64,000 nt of DNA from Candidatus Daviesbacteria bacterium (GTDB taxonomy: Bacteria > Patescibacteriota > Microgenomatia > Daviesbacterales > UBA10151): NCBI GenBank assembly GCA_016187035.1, contig JACPKL010000005.1, forward strand, positions 135,150 through 199,149, written 5' to 3'. Shown here one piece after another: positions 1 to 10,217 of the stretch (positions within the stretch are counted from its first letter, which is position 1; every line of letters starts with the position of its first letter). The notes under the pieces were generated by a model. That model saw only the letters and a program-made list of their open reading frames with translations. It searched no databases and was not told where the DNA came from. Both the position numbers and the translations under genes were made by a program.

Positions 1-642
1 ATCAGGGGTATCATAATCACTGCCATAGATACTAATTTCTTTTTTAATACCTAATACCACCTTAAGTATATTGGGTATTAAGTGATTTTCAGGATGATGA
101 TTATCGCCTGAAATTTCTGTTGCACCGGCAGCATTAAAATACCTGAAAATCCGGTAATTTAATCCATAGGCCTGTTGATACCAAAAAAGAATTTGTTCAA
201 ACATTAATTTAGAGGAACCATAGGAATTAACAGGATTTGTCGGATGATTTTCATCAATTGGGGTATACTTTGGATTTCCAAAAACAGCAGCTGTTGAAGA
301 AAATATAATTTTATTACATTCGTACTTTCGCATTATATCAAGTAGACAGATACCACCTGTAACATTAGTATTAAAATAAATAGAAGGGTTGGTGGCAGAT
401 TCTTCAATTGTTGTTATAGCTGCAAAATGCATGACAACATCAATTTTATTTTCACTAAAAATGCGATTGAGTAATTCTTTATCAAGAATGGTGCCTTCAT
501 AATAAGGGATTTTCGGATCGATGGTTTCCTTGTGTCCTGTATTTAGATTATCTAATACGATTATATCGTAGTTTCTTTGTATTAACCTTTGAACACAAAC
601 AGAGCCAATATATCCACACCCTCCGGTTACTAGAATTGCCAT
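1..642 (-). CDS. galE: UDP-glucose 4-epimerase, 3' end runs off the window
   Basis: Hand translation from ATG at 642: MAILVTGGCGYIGSVCVQRLI...DNLNTGH; later FSSTAAVFG, YGSSK, FRYFNAAGA and DYGSDYDTPD. Not in the ORF track. Confidence 0.9.
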   Translation of the reverse strand, partial: MAILVTGGCGYIGSVCVQRLIQRNYDIIVLDNLNTGHKETIDPKIPYYEGTILDKELLNRIFSENKIDVVMHFAAITTIEESATNPSIYFNTNVTGGICLLDIMRKYECNKIIFSSTAAVFGNPKYTPIDENHPTNPVNSYGSSKLMFEQILFWYQQAYGLNYRIFRYFNAAGATEISGDNHHPENHLIPNILKVVLGIKKEISIYGSDYDTPD

Positions 643-666
643 AATTTAAGATTAAACTAACTTATT

Positions 667-2067
667 TTAAGTGATTTTTGAATGACTAGAATCTCCTTTA
701 TTAAGAGTTGTCTTTTGCCATTCCAAGTAATCAGCTCTTTTACTTGGTGATATTCTTAATAATAGAGCATAGATTTCACCTCTGGTTTTATTCATCATTT
801 CAATAGAGAGCTTAATATGGAAAAATTTTAGTATTTTTAGCAAAAGATAAGTTGAGAACTTTAGATAAGCGTAAAAATTATTAAAAATCATCTTTTGTTC
901 AAAAGAATAAGGATCATATTTTACATAAGTAGGACTAAGTTCTTTAAAGGTTCGTGTGTGAAGTATTGCATATGGATTCAATCTTTCTATGAATCCATGC
1001 CTGTTTAAATTAGTAGAAAAGTAAAAATCTTCTCGGTCGCCATAAAAACACGATTCATCCCACCAAAGCTCATTTTTAGCTATAATGCTTTTTTTTACAA
1101 TATTATTTGGAGCACCAATAGTAACCGAAGGACTCCAATCTTTATAATCCAAATATGAATCTGCAGCGAAATAATGCAGTAAATTTTTCGCCGTTTCTTC
1201 TTCCTTAGGAATCATTAGGGGTTGATCTACCCAGTCCATAACTCTTTCTTCACCGTATAGTTGAGGACAAGTTAGATGTTCAAAATAATTACCCCATTTT
1301 TTCATACCTTTGAACCAATTTTTATCAAGAAATAACCTGTCATTTAAGAAACAGATATTTTCATGTTGAGCTTTTTTAACAATTAAATTTTTCTTTTTAC
1401 TTATCCAACCTATATCATTTCTCTCCTTAAAATATATAAATTTAATATCTTTATCGATATTACCTTTATATATTCCGCAAATAATTATTTCGTAATTTGG
1501 AATTTTTTGTGCTCTAATTAATTCAATTGATTCTTTAACCCACTTCTCTCTTTTTCCATTACTAACAATTCCAAAACTCCACTGATTTATATTTCCGTGA
1601 GTTTCTTTATGTGAGATTTTTTTACATATAAATCTAATTAATTCGCCATAATTAGATTTATTAAGAACCTCTAAGTTAGCATTTTGTAATGCTAACTTAT
1701 TAGTTATTTTTATAAAATTAAGTAAATTATTTTTATTTAAGCCCCTGGTATTTTTTTCTGGTATAAAATTATGCCAGATTATTTGGTACTGATTTTTCCA
1801 TAACCACCAAATATGTTCTTCTAATTTCCTAGGGGTTAAAAATTTATTTGGATAATAATCAATAATTAGATAGCCACCCTCTTTTATAATAGAAAACCAT
1901 TCTTTTATGAGGATTGGAGAAAATTTTGTTGAATTAATGTTTTTGTATGAGTAAACTATATCTTGAGTATATGGGTCAAGAGTCCCAGTTGGATGATAAA
2001 GTTGATTTATTTCACTATTGAAATATTTGGCACCCTTTACTTTTTTGGAACTTGAAACATCTATCAT
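667..2067 (-). CDS. Putative GT-A (GT2-like) glycosyltransferase with a degenerate N-terminal methyltransferase-like domain
   Basis: C-terminal part has WSFGIVSNG, YEIIICG, GWISKKKN and CFLNDR. N-terminal part has KEWFSIIKEGGYLII, resembling the class I MTase 'EWxRVLKPGG' segment. Confidence 0.55.
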   Translation of the reverse strand: MIDVSSSKKVKGAKYFNSEINQLYHPTGTLDPYTQDIVYSYKNINSTKFSPILIKEWFSIIKEGGYLIIDYYPNKFLTPRKLEEHIWWLWKNQYQIIWHNFIPEKNTRGLNKNNLLNFIKITNKLALQNANLEVLNKSNYGELIRFICKKISHKETHGNINQWSFGIVSNGKREKWVKESIELIRAQKIPNYEIIICGIYKGNIDKDIKFIYFKERNDIGWISKKKNLIVKKAQHENICFLNDRLFLDKNWFKGMKKWGNYFEHLTCPQLYGEERVMDWVDQPLMIPKEEETAKNLLHYFAADSYLDYKDWSPSVTIGAPNNIVKKSIIAKNELWWDESCFYGDREDFYFSTNLNRHGFIERLNPYAILHTRTFKELSPTYVKYDPYSFEQKMIFNNFYAYLKFSTYLLLKILKFFHIKLSIEMMNKTRGEIYALLLRISPSKRADYLEWQKTTLNKGDSSHSKIT

Positions 2068-2124
2068 AATTTAGGCGAGTTTAACATAGGCTTGCATCTT
2101 TTTCCAGAGCTTGCTTTACGAAAA

Positions 2125-2153
2125 TTGATAACCCAATGTAACCCAGATATAAT
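2125..2153 (+). promoter_or_regulatory. Sigma70-type promoter, probably leaderless, for the kinase gene
   Basis: TTGATA (2125-2130), 17 nt spacer, TATAAT (2148-2153), with ATG 6 nt downstream. Confidence 0.65.
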
Positions 2154-2159
2154 CAACAA

Positions 2160-3038
2160 ATGAGAATCAAATTAAAAGGAAGTTCCGGAGTTAGTATCTT
2201 ATTCAAAAACAATAAAGGCATAAAAATTGTAAGAAAGCAAAGTGAAAAAAAGGAACAGATAGACAGATTAAAGGTTCAATACAGCAAACACATTTTTTTA
2301 TCAAAGCTTAATAATGATTTATTGCGAAGTAACAAGCCTGTCTTATTTAATATTCCCCAAATAATCAGCAGTGGTAATGAGGGAGGTAATTTTTTCTATG
2401 AATATAAATTTGTTGAAGGTGTATCTTTGAGTGAAGCTTTATCTTTAAAATCAACAAACCAATTAATAAAATTGATAGATAAATTAGTATTGATTATTAA
2501 ATATTTTAGTACAAATAGTGAGTATTTTGAACTCTCTTATGAAAATAGAAAATTTGAAGATGTTTTAACGGACAAAATAGTAAATGTTTGTAATATTCTA
2601 AATTTAGACAGCAGTATTAAAAATAAATTATTGTCTAAACTTTCATCGGTGAATATCCCAACTAATAAGACTTTATGCCATGGTGATTTGAGCTTTGAAA
2701 ATATTATTGTGGATAAGAAAGATAATATCTGGTTGATTGATTGTATAGGAACTTTTTATCCTCATTATTGGACTGATTTATCAAAGCTTTTCCAGGATAT
2801 AGAAGGTGAATGGTATAGTTTAAAGCACAAAGTTAAACCAGATAGGTTCAAAAACAAACAGCTTACTAATTATCTGAAAAAAAGAATTAATGAATTTGAT
2901 AAAGATTATATTAAGAGCCATAATTTTTTTATGGCAATGATTTTCTTAAGAATATTACCGTACTTAAAAGATCAATCTAAACAGAAAAAGATCTTGAGGA
3001 AAATCAACAGTTACTTGGATAAAAAATCTATGAATTGA
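2160..3038 (+). CDS. APH/choline-kinase-like phosphotransferase
   Basis: Brenner motif CHGDLSFENI, plus LID and DLSKL. Confidence 0.8.
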   Translation: MRIKLKGSSGVSILFKNNKGIKIVRKQSEKKEQIDRLKVQYSKHIFLSKLNNDLLRSNKPVLFNIPQIISSGNEGGNFFYEYKFVEGVSLSEALSLKSTNQLIKLIDKLVLIIKYFSTNSEYFELSYENRKFEDVLTDKIVNVCNILNLDSSIKNKLLSKLSSVNIPTNKTLCHGDLSFENIIVDKKDNIWLIDCIGTFYPHYWTDLSKLFQDIEGEWYSLKHKVKPDRFKNKQLTNYLKKRINEFDKDYIKSHNFFMAMIFLRILPYLKDQSKQKKILRKINSYLDKKSMN

Positions 3039-3062
3039 CAATTAACTCATCATTGATAAAAT
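3035..3062 (+). promoter_or_regulatory. Sigma70-type promoter
   Basis: TTGACA (3035-3040), 16 nt spacer, extended -10 TGaTAAAAT (-10 box at 3057-3062); ATG at 3076. Confidence 0.55.
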
Positions 3063-3075
3063 AGGGCCTAGCATA

Positions 3076-4134
3076 ATGAATAGAGTTACAGTTATTGTAC
3101 CTTGTGCCGGTAATTCCACAAGGTATCCAAATGTCAGACCAAAATTTTTATTGGTAAATCCAAGTGGAAATTTAATGCTTTTTGACTCTATATCTAAACT
3201 AGATTTGAAAAACTGTGACCTTGTGGTAACTATTTTAGGGGAGCATAATGAAAAGTATGAGATTCCACAGATGCTTAACAAATTTTTTAGCAGCTACAAA
3301 GTTAGACTATGCATACTAAATAAGCCAACAAAAAGCCAGTCAGAAACTGTCTATAAAACCATCAAAAATTTAAAAATCTCAGGTCCTATTCTAATAAAGG
3401 ATTCAGATAATATATTTAAGTTAGATAAGATTTACGAGCCTTACAATTATGTTGCAGTAGAACATCTAAAAAATGTTGGGATAACAAATGCGGTTAATAA
3501 AAGTTATACTTTATTGGATGATGAGGGGATAATTAGACGAATTGCTGAAAAACAAGTAATATCCGAGACGTTTTGCGTAGGAGGTTATTATTTTACAAAT
3601 GTTTCAGACTTTACCCACTCCTTTGAGATTCTTGGTAAAAAGGATTCTGAAAAAGAATTATATGTTTCAATGATAATTAAGTATTTAATTGAAGAGAAAA
3701 AGGTTTTATTTAAATCTAAATCAATACAGGAGTATCTGGATTTGGGGACCATTAAAGAATGGCTCCATTACAAAAGCAATCAAAAGACTTACTTTATAGA
3801 TGTTGATGGAGTGGTAGTTAAAAATGGCGGTCAGTACTGCAAACCATTCTGGGGTACAACAGAAGGGTTACCCGAAAATATTAAAGTTATTAATAGATTA
3901 TTTGATCTAGGTAACTATATCATTTTGATAACTTCCAGAAAGGAAAAATATAGGCAAATTACAGTCAAACAACTCAAGAGAGAAGGAGTAAAATATCATC
4001 AGTTAATAATGGATTTAAATCACTCTTCAAGAGTAGTTATCAATGATTTCTCCAAGTCAAATCCATTTCCTGCAGCAATTTCTGTAAACATTCCAAGGGA
4101 TTTTGACAGACTAGGTGATTATATAAACGATTAA
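3076..4134 (+). CDS. Sugar nucleotidyltransferase fused to a C-terminal HAD phosphatase
   Basis: N-terminal PCAGNSTRY...PKFL, DSD and DLGT; C-terminal FIDVDG (DxD), ITSR and IND. Confidence 0.8.
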   Translation: MNRVTVIVPCAGNSTRYPNVRPKFLLVNPSGNLMLFDSISKLDLKNCDLVVTILGEHNEKYEIPQMLNKFFSSYKVRLCILNKPTKSQSETVYKTIKNLKISGPILIKDSDNIFKLDKIYEPYNYVAVEHLKNVGITNAVNKSYTLLDDEGIIRRIAEKQVISETFCVGGYYFTNVSDFTHSFEILGKKDSEKELYVSMIIKYLIEEKKVLFKSKSIQEYLDLGTIKEWLHYKSNQKTYFIDVDGVVVKNGGQYCKPFWGTTEGLPENIKVINRLFDLGNYIILITSRKEKYRQITVKQLKREGVKYHQLIMDLNHSSRVVINDFSKSNPFPAAISVNIPRDFDRLGDYIND

Positions 4135-4165
4135 AATCCAATCACAAGATGATATACTACGACAC

Positions 4166-5941
4166 ATGTATATTTTAGGTTTATATTATGGTCATAATGC
4201 CACAGCCTGTTTAACAAAAGATGGAAGGGTTATAGCAGCTGTTAGTGAAGAAAGATTTAATGGGATAAAAAATTACAAAGGTTTTCCTAAGAATGCTATA
4301 GATTATTGTTTATCAGAAGTCGGAATTAAGTCTTCTGAATTAGATTTGGTAGTGCGTTCAAATAGGATTGGTATCCCAATTCATGTTCCACCTGATTTTA
4401 GGAAAGATTTCAGCATAAATTTTTTGTATTTACTTCATAAATTCATCAATCCATTTAGAAAGTTGTATGGTGAGCTTGCTTTTAGATATCCTAATATGGA
4501 AGTAATAGGGGAATTCTTTTATACTCTTGCTGTAAGGACAATAGGAAGATTAGCAATGGAGAGGGAAAAAGAAGCTATTGCAAAGGAATTAGATTTACCT
4601 AAAAAAAAGATACTTTTTTTGGATCATCATCTTTGCCATGCATTTATTGCCTCTGTAGTTTCACCTTTTAATCAAGAGAAAAATCTGGTAATGGTTTTAG
4701 ATGGAGAAGGGGATGACTGTTCTGCCAGTATTTACATTTTTGATAGGAGCAAATATAGATTGATTTCAAGATCATCAAGGAATAGTTCTTTAGGTGCAGT
4801 TTATGCTTATGTAACCGAGTTTTTAGGAATGAAATCAAACGAACATGAATATAAAGTTATGGGTCTTGCACCATATGCTAAGTTGGAGGATGTAGATAAA
4901 ATTTATAAGAAAATAAAGGACATTATTTTTTTTGATGAAAAGAACCCATTAATTTTTAAGTCAAAATTTAATACTAAAGATATTCTGAAATATCTAGACA
5001 GAGAATTTAAAAGAATAAGATTTGATTTGATTGCAGGAGTGGTCCAGAAGTTGACTGAAGAAAGAATTATTGAGTGGATTGAAGCAGCAATAAAAGTTAC
5101 CGGAATCAAAACAGTAATATTATGTGGTGGAGTATTTATGAATGTTAAAGTAAATCAAAAGATTTCTCAACAGAAGAGCGTTAAAAAACTATTTATCATG
5201 CCAAGTTGCGGTGACGAGTCGACTCCTTTGGGAGCGTGTCTTTATGCCTTAATAAATCAATTTAAATTTGGCACCCAAAATATCAAGCCTATTAAAGATA
5301 TATATTGGGGGCCGCAATTTTCCGATGAGGAGGTAGAGAGAGTTATCAAGGGGAGAAAAATTGGGGATAAATTTTCTGTTAAAAAGGTTAAAGATATAGA
5401 AAAAGTAACTGCTAAGTTGCTTTCAGAAGGTAAGATAGTAGCAAGGCTGAAAGGCAGAATGGAATTTGGAGCTAGGGCTTTAGGAAACCGATCTATACTT
5501 GCAAACCCTTCAGACCCGGAAGTAGTAAGAGTAATTAATGAGCAAGTAAAAAATAGGGATTTTTGGATGCCTTTTGCTCCGACTATTCTCCAAGAAAGGG
5601 CAAAGGATTATTTAATAAATCCAAAGCGTATAGATTCTCCATTTATGATGTTGGGTTATGATTCAACTTCTATTGCCAGAAAAGAATTAAAAGCTGCTAT
5701 GCACCCATATGATTTTACCTTAAGACCTCAAATTTTAAACGAGGATTATAACCCTGATTATTATAGATTAATTAAAGAATTTGAAAGATTAACAGGTATA
5801 GGAGCTGTACTAAATACCTCATTTAATCTACATGGATTTCCAATAGTATTAGGTCCTAGAGAAGCCTTAGATGCTTTTGAAAATTCCAGTTTAGAGCATA
5901 TGACATTAGAGGATTATATTATTTCAAAGAAATCAATTTAG
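4166..5941 (+). CDS. O-carbamoyltransferase (NodU/CmcH/TobZ family)
   Basis: EERF, HHLCH, DGEGD, EYKVMGLA, EFGARALGNRSIL, RDFWMPFAP and LNTSFNLHG. Confidence 0.93.
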   Translation: MYILGLYYGHNATACLTKDGRVIAAVSEERFNGIKNYKGFPKNAIDYCLSEVGIKSSELDLVVRSNRIGIPIHVPPDFRKDFSINFLYLLHKFINPFRKLYGELAFRYPNMEVIGEFFYTLAVRTIGRLAMEREKEAIAKELDLPKKKILFLDHHLCHAFIASVVSPFNQEKNLVMVLDGEGDDCSASIYIFDRSKYRLISRSSRNSSLGAVYAYVTEFLGMKSNEHEYKVMGLAPYAKLEDVDKIYKKIKDIIFFDEKNPLIFKSKFNTKDILKYLDREFKRIRFDLIAGVVQKLTEERIIEWIEAAIKVTGIKTVILCGGVFMNVKVNQKISQQKSVKKLFIMPSCGDESTPLGACLYALINQFKFGTQNIKPIKDIYWGPQFSDEEVERVIKGRKIGDKFSVKKVKDIEKVTAKLLSEGKIVARLKGRMEFGARALGNRSILANPSDPEVVRVINEQVKNRDFWMPFAPTILQERAKDYLINPKRIDSPFMMLGYDSTSIARKELKAAMHPYDFTLRPQILNEDYNPDYYRLIKEFERLTGIGAVLNTSFNLHGFPIVLGPREALDAFENSSLEHMTLEDYIISKKSI

Positions 5942-5942
5942 A

Positions 5943-7184
5943 ATGAATGCAAAAAAGTACCGTTTTTGTATTGTTACCTATGAAACTTTCCCAAATCCGA
6001 TTACCCAAAACTTAAAAACATTTCTTTTAGAAAATTATAGTTGTGATCTTATATATATACTTCACCCTCAATTGGACTTAAAAGAAGGGTATCAAATGTC
6101 TTCAGGTTTCAGTTGGTTTAAGAATAATAAATTAATTCAAAGCAAAACCGCTTATCACTGGAAAACTTCTTGGCCGCTTCTATATATTAAGGATATTCTA
6201 TATACACTTTTTTGGTGCTTAAGATTTGGAAAAATTGATGTATACTTTGCTGCGGGGAACCTGAATCCTCTAGCAGCTATTCTCTTAAGAGAGGTGGGTT
6301 TTGTTAAAGAGGTGATCTACCAATCTGTTGATTATTATCCTACTAGATTTCAGAACAGTTTTTTAAATTGGTTTTATTTTAGAATGGATAAATTGTGTGT
6401 TGAATGGTCCGATGAGACTTGGAATGTGTCTTCAATGATAGCGCAAGCAAGACAAAAGAAAATGGATATGGATCCAAAGATATTTAATAGGCAGTATACG
6501 GTTCCTGGGTGTGTGTGGTTTCATCAAGTAAAACGTTTGCCGTTTGCAAAAGTTAATAGAAAAAAAATTGTCTACAGGGGAGTGCTCTTACCTTTTATGG
6601 GAGTTGATTTAGTTATAAGAGCTATGCCGCATATTTTAAAAGAAATCCCCTCCTTAATATTTGAGATAGTTGGAACAGGAGTAGAAGAAGAGAAACTAAA
6701 AAATCTTGCAAAAAGCCTGAAAGTTTCCAAAAGTGTAATATTTCATGGGTTTGTAAAGGGTAGGGAGAATATGGAAAAAGTTTTGTCAGATGCTGCTTTA
6801 GGTATTGCTACCTTTAACACAGATATATTAGATGATAAGGTTAAAAATTCGGATCCAGGCAAAATAAAAGACTATATGCTTTTAGGTATGCCAATTATTA
6901 CTACAAAAGCATTTCCCGGCAGCAAGTATATAGTTAAAAATAGATGCGGATTGATTGTTTCTTATAGAGCTGAAGATTTGGCAAAAACTATCTTGGGATT
7001 ACTTCAAAATAAGAATTTACTGAAAGAATATAGAGAGAATGTAGTAAAATATATTGAAAAATTTGATTGTGTAACCATACTAGAAAGAAATATAGAAAGA
7101 GTATTAAACGGTAAAGTAAACACTACGAATGATAGATCAGCCACTTCGATTAAGAATTTTCAAAATAGATTCGATGATTTATAA
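5943..7184 (+). CDS. GT4-family (GT-B) glycosyltransferase
   Basis: C-terminal GT-B domain: VGTG, FHGFV and KIKDYMLLGMPII. Confidence 0.85.
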   Translation: MNAKKYRFCIVTYETFPNPITQNLKTFLLENYSCDLIYILHPQLDLKEGYQMSSGFSWFKNNKLIQSKTAYHWKTSWPLLYIKDILYTLFWCLRFGKIDVYFAAGNLNPLAAILLREVGFVKEVIYQSVDYYPTRFQNSFLNWFYFRMDKLCVEWSDETWNVSSMIAQARQKKMDMDPKIFNRQYTVPGCVWFHQVKRLPFAKVNRKKIVYRGVLLPFMGVDLVIRAMPHILKEIPSLIFEIVGTGVEEEKLKNLAKSLKVSKSVIFHGFVKGRENMEKVLSDAALGIATFNTDILDDKVKNSDPGKIKDYMLLGMPIITTKAFPGSKYIVKNRCGLIVSYRAEDLAKTILGLLQNKNLLKEYRENVVKYIEKFDCVTILERNIERVLNGKVNTTNDRSATSIKNFQNRFDDL

Positions 7185-7254
7185 TAATAATTCACATTTG
7201 CAGTAAATTATGTTAAATTACAATCGTTAAAATAACAAAATAATTAAAAATCTC

Positions 7255-8220
7255 ATGAATCTTGTTGGTAAAAAAATAGCAATTCCAGGAGGTACAGGTT
7301 TTTTTGGTTCACATATTATTGATAAATTAAAGGATATTAAATGTGAAGTTTTTGTCCCAGAACGTTCGAAGGGAATTGATTTTAGAAACAGAGAGGATTG
7401 TCGTAAATTTTTTGAACAGACAAAACCGGAGATAGTAATTAATTGTGCAGCTTTTCAAGGAGGAATTGGATTCCACTTAGGTAAACAAGCGGACCTTTTT
7501 ATGGATAATATTTTAATGGGATGTTTTCTTATGGAGGCAGCACAAAAGGTGGGAGTAAAAAAATTTGTAAATATTGTAGCTGGCTGTGCGTATCCTGGTT
7601 ATTTAGAAAAAGATATTTTAGATGAAACAGATTTTTGGGACGGTGATCTTCATGATTCGATTTTCAGTTATGGTTTTTCCAGAAAAGCGACCATTGTTTA
7701 TGGTAAGGCTCTCTATAGGCAATATGGTTTTAATTCTATCCACTTAGTCTTCGCAAATATGTATGGTCCCCGCGATCATTTTAACCCTTCTCGGAGCAAA
7801 GCTTTAGACGGTCTCATAAGAAAGATTTATGAAGCTAAGAGGGATAAGCTACTTACAGTTGAAATTTGGGGGAGTGGAAAACCTTTACGTGATTGGCTGT
7901 ATGCAAAAGATGGGGCAGATGGTGTTTTAAGAGCAGTTGAAATCTATGATAGGATTGATCCCTTAAATATAGCAACAGGAAAAGGAATTTCTGTAAGGGA
8001 GTTAGCAGAAACTGTCAAAAGAGTGGTAGGTTATTCAGGTAAGTTTGTATATAATACCCAAAAGCCAGACGGTGCCCTAAAAAAAGTTTTTGGAGTTAGA
8101 AAAATGAAAACTATCTTAAAATGGGAGCCTAAGACAAATATAGAGCAAGGGATAAGAGAAACTGTTAAGTGGTATGTCAAAAATTCTGGAAAGGGAAAAC
8201 AGGAGAACTATGGACTTTAG
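7255..8220 (+). CDS. GDP-L-fucose synthase (Fcl/WcaG)-like epimerase/reductase
   Basis: GGTGFFG, CAAFQGGI, NMYGPRDHF, IWGSGKPLRDW and KPDG; catalytic residues are atypical (see findings). Confidence 0.8.
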   Translation: MNLVGKKIAIPGGTGFFGSHIIDKLKDIKCEVFVPERSKGIDFRNREDCRKFFEQTKPEIVINCAAFQGGIGFHLGKQADLFMDNILMGCFLMEAAQKVGVKKFVNIVAGCAYPGYLEKDILDETDFWDGDLHDSIFSYGFSRKATIVYGKALYRQYGFNSIHLVFANMYGPRDHFNPSRSKALDGLIRKIYEAKRDKLLTVEIWGSGKPLRDWLYAKDGADGVLRAVEIYDRIDPLNIATGKGISVRELAETVKRVVGYSGKFVYNTQKPDGALKKVFGVRKMKTILKWEPKTNIEQGIRETVKWYVKNSGKGKQENYGL

Positions 8221-8238
8221 TATACTGATTTTATTGAA

Positions 8239-9381
8239 ATGAAAAAAAGAGATTACGAGATTGACGATAAAATTATACGCACCTGGTCTACGTTTGTCCC
8301 TGACGAAGCCATTACAGAAGTTGCAAATACATTACGGTCAAAGTGGATTAACACAGGTAAGAAAGAAAAGGAATTAAGGGGAAAAGCATCTCGTAAATGG
8401 GGTTTTCCTTATTGTGTCGCTGTAAATAGTTGTACCTCCGCATTGCGCGCTAGTTTAGCTATACTTAATGTTAAACCGGGAGATGAAGTGATATCTACTC
8501 CTTTTACATTTATTGCTACCAATACCGTAATCCTTGAGCAAGGAGCGAAACCTGTTTTTGCCGATATTAAATATGACGACCTTAATATAAACCCCAAAAG
8601 CATTGAAAAAAAAATTACGCGTAGGACAAAAGCTATAATCGTTGTACATTATAGTGGTAACCCCTGTGACTTAGATGAAATACGGGAAATTGGAAGAAAA
8701 CACAATCTTCCAGTTATAGAAGATGCTGCTCATTCCATGGGTAGTATGTATAAAGGAAAATATATCGGTGCAACAGGAGATATTGTATGTTTTTCTCTCC
8801 AGGTTGTAAAACTTATTACCTCTGGAGATGGTGGATTAATTGCAACGAACAACAAAGACTATTATCAAAAACTAAAAAAAATAATTTGGTATGGAATAGA
8901 TAGAGATACTAAAATAACAAATTTACTTAATCCTTTACCAGAAAATTTTCGAGGAGATGTCCTTGGATTTAAGTATAATATGAATGATATTATTGCTACT
9001 CTTGCCTCTGTGGGGATTGATCATTTTGAGGAAGTGGCAACAAGAAGGCAAATCGTCGGACAGCGATATAGAGAAGAACTCGCAGACTGTCCGAAAATAA
9101 AGCTCATGAAATATTACAATGACAGAAAACCAAATTATCAAATGTTTCCTATTCATGTCGAAAACCGCGTTCGTTTTGCAAAGTATTTGCTTAAACACAA
9201 TATTATGTTAAGAATCAATAATCGCCGTAATGATATTTATCCTATGTTTGGGGGACTCCGAAATGATTTACCTATGACTACTCGAGTAGATCAAGATGTG
9301 GTTTTGCTCCCAATGCATGCAGATCTTACAGATAAACAGATAAGCTATATAATTCAAAAGGTTAAAGATGCTGTGAAATAA
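8239..9381 (+). CDS. DegT/DnrJ/EryC1/StrS PLP-dependent sugar aminotransferase
   Basis: NSCTSAL, GDEVISTPFTFIAT, EDAAHSMG, PLP Lys in SLQVVKLITSGDGG, and GFKYNM. Confidence 0.92.
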   Translation: MKKRDYEIDDKIIRTWSTFVPDEAITEVANTLRSKWINTGKKEKELRGKASRKWGFPYCVAVNSCTSALRASLAILNVKPGDEVISTPFTFIATNTVILEQGAKPVFADIKYDDLNINPKSIEKKITRRTKAIIVVHYSGNPCDLDEIREIGRKHNLPVIEDAAHSMGSMYKGKYIGATGDIVCFSLQVVKLITSGDGGLIATNNKDYYQKLKKIIWYGIDRDTKITNLLNPLPENFRGDVLGFKYNMNDIIATLASVGIDHFEEVATRRQIVGQRYREELADCPKIKLMKYYNDRKPNYQMFPIHVENRVRFAKYLLKHNIMLRINNRRNDIYPMFGGLRNDLPMTTRVDQDVVLLPMHADLTDKQISYIIQKVKDAVK

Positions 9382-9431
9382 ATTATTCTGCTTTAGCATG
9401 AAATCAAATACCATAAAGAAAAGTATAAGGA

Positions 9432-10217
9432 ATGAATAAAATAAGAAGATCGTTAGCTATTTTAGGTGCGAATGGTTTATTAGGTAAAGATCTTACAAGG
9501 TATTTAGCAGATAAATTTGATATTACTCCGATTACCCGGGAGAACTATGAACATCAAAAAGAGAAAGAATTCGATGTATTTATTAATGCAAACGGTAACA
9601 GCAGGCGTTTCTGGGCACTACAAAATATATATAAAGATTTTGAGGCTTCTACAGTGTCGGTTTATAAAACTCTCTTTGATTTTAAATTTAAGAAGTATAT
9701 ATATTTCTCATCGGTTGATGTCTATGCAAATCCTGGAAGGCCGAAAAACACCTCAGAAGACGATATGATTGATGTTAGCAATCTTAATAATTATGGCTTC
9801 CATAAGTATTTAAGCGAACAGATTATTAAAAATGCTTTAGACGATTACATAATTTTACGCCCGTCGATGATTATCGGTAAAAATCTTAAAAAAGGACCAT
9901 TCTTCGACATTATAAAGGGTAAACCATTGTTTATGACTCCAGATAGCAGATTACAGATTATTACCACTTTTGCAATATCCGAGATAATTAGTATGTTAAC
10001 AAGTAGAATGATTAAGAATGAAATATTTAATATAGGTGGTGAAGGGGCAGTTTATTTTGTTAATATTAGTGAGTATTTTGAAGTTTCTATTAAGTGGTCT
10101 AATAATGCAGTAGAGCAGTATTATGAAATGAATGTGTCTAAGTTGAAGGCACAATATAACCTTAAGACTTCAGAAGATTATCTAAAGGACTGGTTAAGTG
10201 AACAAAAAGAAGTTTAA
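9432..10217 (+). CDS. NAD-dependent epimerase/reductase (SDR)
   Basis: GANGLLG, SSVDVY and YGFHK (YxxxK). Confidence 0.8.
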   Translation: MNKIRRSLAILGANGLLGKDLTRYLADKFDITPITRENYEHQKEKEFDVFINANGNSRRFWALQNIYKDFEASTVSVYKTLFDFKFKKYIYFSSVDVYANPGRPKNTSEDDMIDVSNLNNYGFHKYLSEQIIKNALDDYIILRPSMIIGKNLKKGPFFDIIKGKPLFMTPDSRLQIITTFAISEIISMLTSRMIKNEIFNIGGEGAVYFVNISEYFEVSIKWSNNAVEQYYEMNVSKLKAQYNLKTSEDYLKDWLSEQKEV

